From a phage: a stretch of 64,000 nucleotides of DNA. The notes below the pieces were generated by a model. It worked only from the letters and a program-made list of their open reading frames with translations, did not search any database and was not told the DNA's origin. Of the stretch, positions 9,389 to 18,260 are shown piece after piece; positions within the stretch are counted from its first letter, which is position 1, and every line of letters begins with the position of its first letter. A program made the translations under genes and the position numbers. The stretch lies in assembly GCA_017676145.1 (NCBI GenBank), contig GCA_017676145.1_3628.1; one strand, written 5' to 3'.

Positions 9389-9612
9389 AGATCCTCTTCA
9401 ACAGCTACAAACTTGGCAAGTAGGGTGGTTCCATAGATATGATACTCACCATTTGCCAGATGGGAGATAAACCAGGCAACACCTTCCTCGTCTTCGATCA
9501 TATTGTTCCTGCGATCCTTATCGTAGTAAACCTTGTAGACCTTACCTTCTTCAAAGAATGACAGGTCTGTCATCTTTTCTTCTACAAACGTCGCTTTAAC
9601 CAAAGTTGTCAT
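9385..9612 (-). CDS. Hypothetical protein (paralog family B, copy 2)
   Basis: 75 aa; KVYKVYYDKDRR...EDEEGVAWFISHLANGEYHIY. Confidence 0.4.
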   Translation of the reverse strand: MTTLVKATFVEEKMTDLSFFEEGKVYKVYYDKDRRNNMIEDEEGVAWFISHLANGEYHIYGTTLLAKFVAVEEDL

Positions 9613-9920
9613 TGATCTGCCTCCTTCTTGTTGAGCCGGAACACTGCAATAATAGCATTTCCAAGATGCAGTGTCAAATCATTTCCCAGATACCATAACA
9701 TTCCACGGTCATCTTTAATGAAAGGGTAACAATCCGGTGCCTTCCAGACATTATACACTTTGCCGACCTGAAAGAAATCAGGCCCTGTTGGAATTTTAGT
9801 ACCTGGCCACACTTGAGACACCTGAACGCACTCTACCTGCATAATAACAGGAATAGTCATGGAGGTAAATGTTTTTGTCGGTTCTACTACCATAAAAGTC
9901 TCCTCTCTATCTAACAACAC
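9609..9920 (-). CDS. Hypothetical protein (paralog family B, copy 3)
   Basis: 103 aa; KVYNVWKAPDCYPFIKDDRGMLWYLGNDLTLHLG. Confidence 0.4.
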   Translation of the reverse strand: MLLDREETFMVVEPTKTFTSMTIPVIMQVECVQVSQVWPGTKIPTGPDFFQVGKVYNVWKAPDCYPFIKDDRGMLWYLGNDLTLHLGNAIIAVFRLNKKEADQ

Positions 9921-9952
9921 TTCCGTGTGTTGATAGTTTACATTAGTGACAA

Positions 9953-10609
9953 TCAGCTTACCGAGAAATTCTGCTCGGACATACTCTTCGGGGACCTCTT
10001 CCCTTTGTTTTTACACCTTGCGGTTTTAGGTATCCCAGTGTACCATGCCCAACTCCTCCCAGTCAAGATATTGGAAATGGTTATTTGATTAACACCGAAA
10101 AGATCTGCTATAGCTTGCTGTGACATACCTGTTTTGGAAAGCTTTAATATTTCGTCAACATCTCTCTCTTTAAGTTTTGCACAGTATGATCTTTCCCCTC
10201 TTGTTTTACAGTAATCGTAGTCCACATCTTGGGCATTTTTTGAAGGCGAGGCCCATTCAAGGTTATCAGCAGCATTGTTTAGACGATTATGGTCTTTATG
10301 ATTAATCGGCACATAATCCAGCCCTGCTGCCTTACACTCTTCTACAAGCTCTTTTGAGGGAGGCTCTAGAAAGGTCTCGGCAATTAACCTGTGAAGCAAT
10401 TCCGATCTTCCATCCACATTTACTTGAATGTAACCGCTACTGTCTACGCTACCTTTTAAAATCCTGTCAGGGACAGCTTTGAAAGTAACTTTACCTGTTT
10501 GGTTACTGTACTTTCTCAGGTAAGACAGCCTTTTAATCCTTCCTTTGCTGCTAACTTCATAGTCGGCCTCCTTGCCAACCAGTTTTCTCCATTCCTCCAT
10601 AGCAAACAT
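9953..10609 (-). CDS. HNH homing endonuclease with C-terminal helix-turn-helix
   Basis: EWRKL...YEVSSKGRIKRL...GYIQVNVDGRSELLHRLIAETF...HKDHNRLNNAADNLEWASPSKN is the classic HNH_3 homing-endonuclease signature; C-terminal MSQQAIADLFGVNQITISNI is HTH-like; free-standing, near the DNA polymerase gene. Confidence 0.8.
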   Translation of the reverse strand: MFAMEEWRKLVGKEADYEVSSKGRIKRLSYLRKYSNQTGKVTFKAVPDRILKGSVDSSGYIQVNVDGRSELLHRLIAETFLEPPSKELVEECKAAGLDYVPINHKDHNRLNNAADNLEWASPSKNAQDVDYDYCKTRGERSYCAKLKERDVDEILKLSKTGMSQQAIADLFGVNQITISNILTGRSWAWYTGIPKTARCKNKGKRSPKSMSEQNFSVS

Positions 10610-10620
10610 CTCTTATCAGA

Positions 10621-10977
10621 TCAATGGCAACTACCCCAATTAGCCCCACACAAGTATTCACCTGTGATCTGGAACGGAACGCCCATCATTTTAGAAGCTT
10701 GCCAGAAGCAATGTACCACCATTTCGCCCACAGGGCTCCAGATAAGTTCAAGCTTTCCGTCCTCGTTCAAGATAGGATCGTATACCGTATTTCCATCCTT
10801 GTCAACCACTTCGTTTCCGTCCTCATCCTTGCGTGCCTTTTTGTACTTATGACCGTCGAACACATGAAGTTTAGCCTCTTGCTGGGCTTTAAATGTTTCC
10901 AGCTCTTCAATTGTGTCGAAGGTGTATACAGTTTTATACTTAGGTGTGTCAGGTACTTGAAGTTGGTACTCATCCAA
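10621..10977 (-). CDS. Hypothetical protein
   Basis: 118-aa ORF in co-directional array. Confidence 0.45.
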   Translation of the reverse strand: MDEYQLQVPDTPKYKTVYTFDTIEELETFKAQQEAKLHVFDGHKYKKARKDEDGNEVVDKDGNTVYDPILNEDGKLELIWSPVGEMVVHCFWQASKMMGVPFQITGEYLCGANWGSCH

Positions 10978-11296
10978 TAGTTCAGGTAGGTCGTTAAGCT
11001 ACCCCGCACCATTACGTGCATAGCCATACAGTTTCCCGTATGGATCGGACTATCTCACTGCCTTGTCACCAAGGCACCTCTCATTTCGACCGCACTTGCT
11101 GGCCTACTCTACTCGCTTCTTCACCCCAAACTGTGTTGGAGCTATGCTTTCGATAGTCTCTGAACGTTCATCCTCTCGGATGCTTCGCTGCGGATTAGCA
11201 TATTGAGCTTTTACCATGGTTAGGTGTAAAAGTCAACTTAGCCTTCCCGTCAATTAAAGAGGTTTTCGACGTGCATCACTGCACGAAGCCACAATG

Positions 11297-13726
11297 TTAT
11301 TTATGGTAATAAATAATCCGACGAACACCCTCATCATACCATCCACGCTTCACCAGCTGGTGGTGCATGAGGATTCCCACCAAGTCGCACAACGAGGCAC
11401 CGCCATTTTGCTGATATGCATTAAGCAAAGAGTGTTTAGAGCGGGTCCAAATGGCATGACCGTCAAAAGAGTAGATGAATTTCTTACCTGTTGCTTCCCA
11501 GAATTTCTCCAGATCCTCTTTACGCCCCTTAAGACCTGGGTTGGCATCCCAGAGAGCATCGATTACTCTCTGCCCCAGCTCTGGAGAGATATCCAGCATA
11601 TCTGCAACTTTATCTTTTTGTGCCCCGTACATAACCCCATACGTGACAGGCTTACCATCGTTACGAGACACCTCCCTGCCTGCTACTTTTGTATATGCCT
11701 CAGCATTGTTTTGGTGCGCATCTCCGTTACTTACAACATCATAGTACAGACCGTTGTCGAACTCAAAGGCACCCCAAGCCCCGATAAGCTGCTCTAAGTT
11801 GGACCCGTCAATACCGATCTCAAAGTATCCGGGAGGAACACCCCACAGACTACGCATCTCTTTACCCATAACCACTTTAGGAGATGGTTTAGGCATGTTT
11901 GCACAAATGCTGTGTTTCTGTCTGGAAGTGTTTGTTAATCCAGAACTTTTAGCAGGAAGCTTATGGTCAATCTTCAAACGTGGATGATTAAGAAGACCAG
12001 TATCAACCTTATCCTCCTTGATTGGATCAAGGACCGATCTACGGTTTCGCAAGGATAACCACAAGACGATATCTTTAGCCATCTCTCCGTTCAACTTTTC
12101 AAGATTCGGACATAGGTGTCCAAACGTATCTTTCAGTTGCGGAGAAGTAATAAGCGCTCTGGCTTTTCTACGTATCTTCCCAAACACTTCCTTTTTAATC
12201 CTTTCTGAGTTAGGGAAGCTTCGGAACTTGTGCACGGTTGTCTGAAACTTAGCATCAGTTTTGTTCCAGAAGTTTATAATTAGGTCACAATACTCTGACT
12301 CTAAAAGCTCGTCCATATATGCATATACTCGTGCATCAACATCAGCATCAGGCAGAGCTTTCTTCTTGCTGTCTTTAGTTACATCCTTAGTTCTCCACAT
12401 TGTTGGGAGCCAACCAGCACTAATCAGGTATCGCTTAATGTCGTCCTGATTGCTGATTTTCATAGGTATCTTGCAGTCAGGCATTCGCTTCTGCTGTAGG
12501 TCACTTATTGCCTGATCCATTAGCTCTTTAGGTAAAGGGTGTGGTGTAGAAGTTCCTTTGATATACCCCCTCAAGAAATCAGCCATCTTATCTGGGTCTT
12601 TACAGCCCATCTCTTCACACCATTTTATCCCCATTTTGCTGACATCCCCTGCAGAGGTAAATGCTCGCTTAGGAGGGGCTTTGAACTCTAAAGCGCTCAT
12701 GTCCACAGGATAGCCAAGCTTGTCTTTTAACCATTTCCAACCATTATTGGAGATTGTCCCATCCTGGTTAAACGGCTTTTCAGGGAACTTAGGCCGCTGA
12801 GACATTGATAACTCTTTTAAAGGAAGTTGTGGTTCAACACGATCAGCGATCTCTTTCATCCACGCATCGCAGCGGTCACGTAAAGCAATAGCCCCATCTA
12901 TGTCGAAATACACACCCTGTCGAGCCTGCAGCTCCATCAGGAAATGCTGCAGCATGCCTCGGCGTAATGCATTCTTCCAGGTAATCTTCTTGAATCCTTT
13001 AGGCTTCTCTTTGGCAGGGTCATACATAAAGTTCTGCATGTCAGATTTGCCGTAGAATACACCTTTTGATTCCGCTACCAACTCTTTCCAGAGCAACTCC
13101 TGGATGATAACGTCCTCGAACACACGATCCACATATTTCCACAGTGGAAGCTCACGCCAGTCATCGATTTGAACTTTCTGGTTACCAAGGGCATAGCCCC
13201 ATGCCATAAGGCCATGAGGCCCAACAGGTTGCATTTTCTTGGTAACTGGATTGAATACTGCGTCCGGACAACCTTTTGGCAAAGGGCGGTCAGGCCACAA
13301 GATTCGGCTCATAGCTAACGTATCAAACAGATTAACCTGGTGGTCGTTGATAGTTCCCATGCATTTAGGGTCACGGAACATATCAAAATGAATACCAGAT
13401 AATCTCTCCATCAGCATAAAGTCATAACTGTAGCAGTTATGGCAGTTCAAAGCTGTTGGTGACCAGTCGGAATTGCCTGTAAGCCAACCTTCCAACTCCG
13501 AAAAATCTGCTATGCGGACTTCAAAATCTTTATAAAGAGTTTTCTTTGCTAGAATAAAGTTCTTAGCCTTCTCTACATCCTCTTCAGAGTAGTGTGTGCG
13601 GTCATTTAGAGGAAGGAACAGCATAAAACGGTTCTTATTCAGCTCTTTAAACAAACCGCAGTGATAATAAAGATCTGGATCTTCCAGCAAGCCCGAGGCC
13701 TCCAGATCGAAAGACCACATACTCAT
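11297..13726 (-). CDS. DNA polymerase, family A (T7/Pol I-like) with 3'-5' exonuclease domain
   Basis: 809 aa; N-terminal exo motif FDLEASGL; motif A IGIDGSNLEQ; motif B RNDGKPVTYGVMYGAQ; ATG at 13726 preceded by AAGGAG. Confidence 0.9.
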   Translation of the reverse strand: MSMWSFDLEASGLLEDPDLYYHCGLFKELNKNRFMLFLPLNDRTHYSEEDVEKAKNFILAKKTLYKDFEVRIADFSELEGWLTGNSDWSPTALNCHNCYSYDFMLMERLSGIHFDMFRDPKCMGTINDHQVNLFDTLAMSRILWPDRPLPKGCPDAVFNPVTKKMQPVGPHGLMAWGYALGNQKVQIDDWRELPLWKYVDRVFEDVIIQELLWKELVAESKGVFYGKSDMQNFMYDPAKEKPKGFKKITWKNALRRGMLQHFLMELQARQGVYFDIDGAIALRDRCDAWMKEIADRVEPQLPLKELSMSQRPKFPEKPFNQDGTISNNGWKWLKDKLGYPVDMSALEFKAPPKRAFTSAGDVSKMGIKWCEEMGCKDPDKMADFLRGYIKGTSTPHPLPKELMDQAISDLQQKRMPDCKIPMKISNQDDIKRYLISAGWLPTMWRTKDVTKDSKKKALPDADVDARVYAYMDELLESEYCDLIINFWNKTDAKFQTTVHKFRSFPNSERIKKEVFGKIRRKARALITSPQLKDTFGHLCPNLEKLNGEMAKDIVLWLSLRNRRSVLDPIKEDKVDTGLLNHPRLKIDHKLPAKSSGLTNTSRQKHSICANMPKPSPKVVMGKEMRSLWGVPPGYFEIGIDGSNLEQLIGAWGAFEFDNGLYYDVVSNGDAHQNNAEAYTKVAGREVSRNDGKPVTYGVMYGAQKDKVADMLDISPELGQRVIDALWDANPGLKGRKEDLEKFWEATGKKFIYSFDGHAIWTRSKHSLLNAYQQNGGASLCDLVGILMHHQLVKRGWYDEGVRRIIYYHK

Positions 13727-13784
13727 ATACAGTTCTCCTTAAAGGGGAGGCGGTTGTACTACCCCTCCCACTCTTGGTTAAACA

Positions 13785-15863
13785 TTAAAAAGGTGTTTCG
13801 TCGTCTTCAAAACCAGGAACGTGGTTAGAGGACGGATCATCATACTGAAGGTCTTCCTGTGTGTCAACAGGGTTAACAGTAGGAGTTATAACCTTATCAG
13901 CCACAACCTTGCCAACAGGTGTTTCTACAACTGCATGCTCCTGATCCTCAAACATAGCTTGAGGTCTCCAAACAACCTCTCCACCTTCCCCGTCTGTAAA
14001 CATCTGCATTTCTTTATCCCAATACCAATTGCTGGCATCGTGGAACTTGCCTGTGTGAGGATCCATAACTAAAGTGTCCGCAATACCTAACGTTTTTGCT
14101 GGGCGGTTTTTAAGACCTACTAGACGGACACGTCCACGGGAACGATCCACCATCTCTTCTGCCTCTACCCCAACAACTACCCAGCTAAGTTGCTCCAATC
14201 CGGCACTACCACGAAGGTTCTCTTTTCGTACAGGGTACCAGAAAGGCAACGGATTCCCATCCTTATCCTTAGGAGGTACAATCTCTGTGCGTTTCAGGTG
14301 GGCGATCACCAGGATAAACACATTAAACTGCTTACAGAACGCAGCTAGTTGAGTCATAGCCATGTCAAGCTCTTTGCGCTCATCCTTAACATTAAGCCCT
14401 GAAATCACCATAGACAAGTGATCCAGCACAATGTAACGGCAGTGATACAGGCACACCATTTGTTTAAGCTTAGTGATCAGCTCATCCACAGGGATGGAGC
14501 CGAAATGCTTGAACACTTTAATTTTTCCTGCCTTGGCCCAAGATTGATGAATCTCAGCGTGCTCCTGATCGGTCAGGAACTGACTGGGGTCTTCAACAAA
14601 CTCTTTAACATCAAATCCCAGCTGGTTAGCGTATAGAGAGTTGATTGCTTCCTCAGGATCCTCTTCAAGGTGAATCAGGCACAGGCGATCATCCTCTTCA
14701 TAGTCATCAGCTTTAGGGCATGTTGGATCCATCAAGTATCTTGCAATACAGTGTTCCAGCTTCTTGGCTACAGTTGTTTTACCACCGCCAGATGGGCCTG
14801 TCAGCATCATCAAGGTGCCTTTGTGGAGCCCTTTCAGCATCTTCTGCAATTTAGGGAACTCCGCACTGATATCTACGCCATTGGAAGTCTTCTTACGAAG
14901 AGACTCAATGGAGAAGTCTTCTAAATCAGATACAGCATCAGGCACATATTTGACTGGGTGACGGAACATGTTGACAATATCTTCCAGCTTTTTAGCCTTC
15001 AGCATGTCACGAATATCTTTTACACCATCAGGGTCGTTTACCTCACCTGGATATTCCACGTGGTAAACGTTATCAGCCATCAAAAATGCTGCGATATTAT
15101 GTGTGGCCTCAACACCTTTGATAACGTGTTTTTGCTTCTCTACCTCGTTAGCTGCATCGTTGTCCATTGCAAGGACCACTGTTCCGTAGCTACGGATAAA
15201 TTTCTCATTGTTCGCAAAAGTGTCTACGGCGTTTGCACACCCGCAGTTAATTCCAACAAAAGGCAGGCAGGGTTTTCCTGCCAGATCACCACCATTGATA
15301 ACTGCATCGATCCCATCCTGAACTTCTTTAGCCCACTGCTTCACCTTTGCTGGGGCTTTAGCATTGGTGAGAATCCCTTTTACTTGTATCTGATATGCAG
15401 CTTGCCATGCTGCAATAACATCACCCTCCCCCTCGCAAACGTTAATCTGTTTACGGTTGTTGGAGGATGCACACAGCTTTTGACCAAACATCTGAGAGTT
15501 GGCCTTTACTATGCCAACAACTGAGAAATGGCCCCTTTGCTCTTTAGGGATTGTCCAGTCGCGCTTTTTAAAGCCAGATAGATTACCGTAGCGGTCGTAA
15601 TATGGGAAATATGTTGCAGTGACCGTTACCCCATCTTCTTGAGACAATGCTGATCGCACACCGAAGTATTGTGCAGCCATCAGTCCGATATTTTGTTGTG
15701 GAACAGGGACAATTTTAGTATTTTCTAAAACAGTCTCTACAGTTTCGACCTCTTTTTCATCACGATAGTCTCGTTTCACACTCCCCCCACTTTTATATTT
15801 GGTTGCTTTCGGGTTTGGCTCACCGAAACGGTTGTATGCAGATGCCATGAATTTACTGCCCAT
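13785..15863 (-). CDS. Bifunctional primase-helicase (T7 gp4-like; TOPRIM primase + DnaB-type helicase)
   Basis: 692 aa; TOPRIM-like VVLAMDNDAAN; Walker A MLTGPSGGGKTT; Walker B IVLDHLS; ILVIAHLKR; acidic C-terminus ending EDDETPF; AAGGAG RBS. Confidence 0.85.
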   Translation of the reverse strand: MGSKFMASAYNRFGEPNPKATKYKSGGSVKRDYRDEKEVETVETVLENTKIVPVPQQNIGLMAAQYFGVRSALSQEDGVTVTATYFPYYDRYGNLSGFKKRDWTIPKEQRGHFSVVGIVKANSQMFGQKLCASSNNRKQINVCEGEGDVIAAWQAAYQIQVKGILTNAKAPAKVKQWAKEVQDGIDAVINGGDLAGKPCLPFVGINCGCANAVDTFANNEKFIRSYGTVVLAMDNDAANEVEKQKHVIKGVEATHNIAAFLMADNVYHVEYPGEVNDPDGVKDIRDMLKAKKLEDIVNMFRHPVKYVPDAVSDLEDFSIESLRKKTSNGVDISAEFPKLQKMLKGLHKGTLMMLTGPSGGGKTTVAKKLEHCIARYLMDPTCPKADDYEEDDRLCLIHLEEDPEEAINSLYANQLGFDVKEFVEDPSQFLTDQEHAEIHQSWAKAGKIKVFKHFGSIPVDELITKLKQMVCLYHCRYIVLDHLSMVISGLNVKDERKELDMAMTQLAAFCKQFNVFILVIAHLKRTEIVPPKDKDGNPLPFWYPVRKENLRGSAGLEQLSWVVVGVEAEEMVDRSRGRVRLVGLKNRPAKTLGIADTLVMDPHTGKFHDASNWYWDKEMQMFTDGEGGEVVWRPQAMFEDQEHAVVETPVGKVVADKVITPTVNPVDTQEDLQYDDPSSNHVPGFEDDETPF

Positions 15864-16617
15864 TAATTCTGCTCCTTACTGCAGGCTCGTTTGCTAAGAA
15901 TACAGCTTTAGCCCAGCCACGTGGTGTAAGGCTTCGAATCATCTTCGTCCTTGCACTCTTTCCACCTAGCTTAGCGTGTTGCATAGAATAACCACTAACC
16001 GCATCCACTATCTGCGGGACAGGTTTTGTGGCTGGGATTATAAATCCATTACCTATCCAACCGCAAGTTATTTTTGGGTAGGCATCACGTGGAGCTATAA
16101 ATTCAGGAAACCACGGGTTTACATCATCATCAGGTAAATACCCGCCATAATCTGAAGGATGAAAACGATAATCAGGTTTACGCCACAGTGTTGACATAAC
16201 CCCTACAGGGTTCTCTACATGCCACGGGCAATCATAAATCTCTCCCAACTCTTCTGCAACCCGAGCATCTTTTACAGCATTAATTTGGATCAGAGGGTCC
16301 TTAGCCAGCTTTTTCTTAAAATGTGCAGCACCTGATACTGCTAAATGCGTGCACGGAGGAAATGCAAGAATAAAGTCTGGAGCTGGGTACATGCAAAAAG
16401 TTTCTTGAGGGAACCACGGGTCAATCCAATAATCCACGTAGTGAATGTTGGGATGATCGGTTATCACCTCTGCATAGCTACCATGGTCAGCACCTTCTGC
16501 ATTAAAGCACAGGCACAGATACCCAGCTTTTGCCCAGTCAATGACTGCACCACCAGACCCATCAAATAGACTCCACACAACACCTTTGTGGTGGTGTTCT
16601 TTGTAGATAAATTTCAA
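15853..16617 (-). CDS. Putative compact DNA cytosine-C5 methyltransferase-like protein
   Basis: Motif I SLFDGSGGAVIDWAKAG (FxGxGG); motif IV-like AFPPCTHLAVSGA (Pro-Cys nucleophile); motif VI-like WHVENPVG (ENV); only about 255 aa with no obvious target-recognition domain; TTG start at 16617 with AGGAG RBS preferred over the track start at 16647, which lies inside the terminator hairpin. Confidence 0.5.
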   Translation of the reverse strand: MKFIYKEHHHKGVVWSLFDGSGGAVIDWAKAGYLCLCFNAEGADHGSYAEVITDHPNIHYVDYWIDPWFPQETFCMYPAPDFILAFPPCTHLAVSGAAHFKKKLAKDPLIQINAVKDARVAEELGEIYDCPWHVENPVGVMSTLWRKPDYRFHPSDYGGYLPDDDVNPWFPEFIAPRDAYPKITCGWIGNGFIIPATKPVPQIVDAVSGYSMQHAKLGGKSARTKMIRSLTPRGWAKAVFLANEPAVRSRINGQ

Positions 16618-16633
16618 TTTGCTGTCTCCTAAT

Positions 16634-16662
16634 GCAAAAAGCCCCACCCTTTCGGGCAGGGC
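16634..16662 (-). terminator. Rho-independent terminator (minus strand)
   Basis: Hairpin gccccaccctttcgggcagggc (16641-16662) preceded on plus by aaaaa; identical to the hairpin at 4838-4859; downstream of the CDS ending at 16669. Confidence 0.6.
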
Positions 16663-16668
16663 CTAGTG

Positions 16669-17151
16669 TTAAACCCGGATACCTATTGTATACTCGGTGG
16701 ATACCAATGTCAAATCTAAATTTAAAATTTCTTGCATCTCATAGTATGCGTCCAGGGTGAGATACATTTCCCCATCCTTTTCTACATACTTGTCAAGGTG
16801 TTTGAGGCACTTTGGATAACTATCAAGAGCCGCCTTTAAGCACTCAAACTCTGTGCTGTTGATAAATCCTTCCATCTTGGCTACCCGTTCTGGGGTAACG
16901 ATAGCACTGTAGTGAGATTTAGCTTCCTGAATGCAATGGGTCCAAGCATCGACTTTCTCTTCGAAAAGTCCGAAGAACTTCTTCTTGGTGAGCTTCAGAT
17001 TCTTTAAGTGCTTAAGCACTCGGTTGCCGATCACAGACACATCACGAAACTTAAGGATCACTTTGTCAATATCCTCGCGGCCTATTTTCACAAAGCAAGC
17101 CTCACACATTTCAGGAGAGGCATAGCCTACCTTCCACATAAAATCTGACAT
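16669..17151 (-). CDS. Hypothetical protein
   Basis: 160-aa ORF. Confidence 0.5.
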   Translation of the reverse strand: MSDFMWKVGYASPEMCEACFVKIGREDIDKVILKFRDVSVIGNRVLKHLKNLKLTKKKFFGLFEEKVDAWTHCIQEAKSHYSAIVTPERVAKMEGFINSTEFECLKAALDSYPKCLKHLDKYVEKDGEMYLTLDAYYEMQEILNLDLTLVSTEYTIGIRV

Positions 17152-17163
17152 AGCACTCTCCTC

Positions 17164-17559
17164 TTATTCCTGAAAAGCAACGATATCATATGAACTTGCA
17201 GACGAGCCTGGTGAAGAGTGACTCCAGTCTAGGTCATCAGAGTAGTCAGCATACTGTGCACCACTCCTCAGTTTGTATTTTACCCACTTACCTGGTGCAG
17301 GGTTTTCACCACCTTCCCATGCTTCCCAGCCTTCTGGCAGGCCATCCTGAGAGTAATCGTCCACCTCGCTAATAATCTTAGGGTTTGGCACCAAGACCCA
17401 TGCAGGCTCTTCCTTCTTAGCAAGTGTCCACACAATGTATGTGTCTGAGCAGGAGCATGTCAGTAAAGTATACCCACTGTTCAGAACTTCTGCAAGCTCT
17501 TTTTCAGCATCTTCTAATTTGGTTAGGTGGTATTGGATAATCTTCACATCTGTAATCAT
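17164..17559 (-). CDS. Hypothetical protein
   Basis: 131-aa ORF. Confidence 0.45.
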   Translation of the reverse strand: MITDVKIIQYHLTKLEDAEKELAEVLNSGYTLLTCSCSDTYIVWTLAKKEEPAWVLVPNPKIISEVDDYSQDGLPEGWEAWEGGENPAPGKWVKYKLRSGAQYADYSDDLDWSHSSPGSSASSYDIVAFQE

Positions 17560-17864
17560 TAGAAGCCTCCTACTTCTTCAGCAAATGCTGCTGCTGTTGT
17601 TGCTGCATCCAGATAGGACTCTAGTTCACGTGCTGCACGTTTATAAATCGAGTGGCGCAGATCGTTTGGCAGCTGGTGAAAATCCACCTCTTCTCCGTTG
17701 TGGTAAACATGCACATCCGTAATCTGTCTAAATCCATAATAATCAACATCAGAATCACGGCACTCTGGATCTGGCAACTGGACAACTGCCTGAGCCTCTA
17801 CAGTGAGCATATCGTCAAGTTCGAAATCTATTTCAAAAGTGTATGGTTTATAACGCTTCATCAT
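17559..17864 (-). CDS. Hypothetical protein
   Basis: 101-aa ORF. Confidence 0.45.
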   Translation of the reverse strand: MMKRYKPYTFEIDFELDDMLTVEAQAVVQLPDPECRDSDVDYYGFRQITDVHVYHNGEEVDFHQLPNDLRHSIYKRAARELESYLDAATTAAAFAEEVGGF

Positions 17865-17921
17865 TCGGTGTTCTCTTCGGTTTTGTGGGGAGGAGTTCCT
17901 CCCCTATATACTCACATCTTA

Positions 17922-18260
17922 CTACTGAAGGTCTTCAGAGTCAAGCTCAAAAAGAATCAAACTATGCATGTTTGCAGAGAGCTCAACACACTCTGCAACG
18001 ATAAGGGTCTGATAGTAAGGTTCAGCACCCTCGATGTCTTCGTTAAAATCCACAACAAGGTAGTCACCTTTGTTAAAGGTGTATTTGTCAGATGTAAACG
18101 CAAACCCTGCCCAGTCCCCTACAGGGTCTTTATCGATCACCTTTGTTAGCAGGAGGTCTTTTTCACGAGATCTTTTAGTAAAATCGTGAATCACAACAGC
18201 CTTCTCTTCAGGATTTGGATTTCCACACACGTAGTTAACTATATTTCTCCACAAACTCAT
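17922..18260 (-). CDS. Hypothetical protein
   Basis: 112-aa ORF. Confidence 0.45.
   Translation of the reverse strand: MSLWRNIVNYVCGNPNPEEKAVVIHDFTKRSREKDLLLTKVIDKDPVGDWAGFAFTSDKYTFNKGDYLVVDFNEDIEGAEPYYQTLIVAECVELSANMHSLILFELDSEDLQ

Noticed and set aside
10978-11296. tRNA gene in the intergenic region downstream of the polymerase gene
   Set aside because: Several hairpins but no cloverleaf-compatible arrangement and no T-loop consensus on either strand
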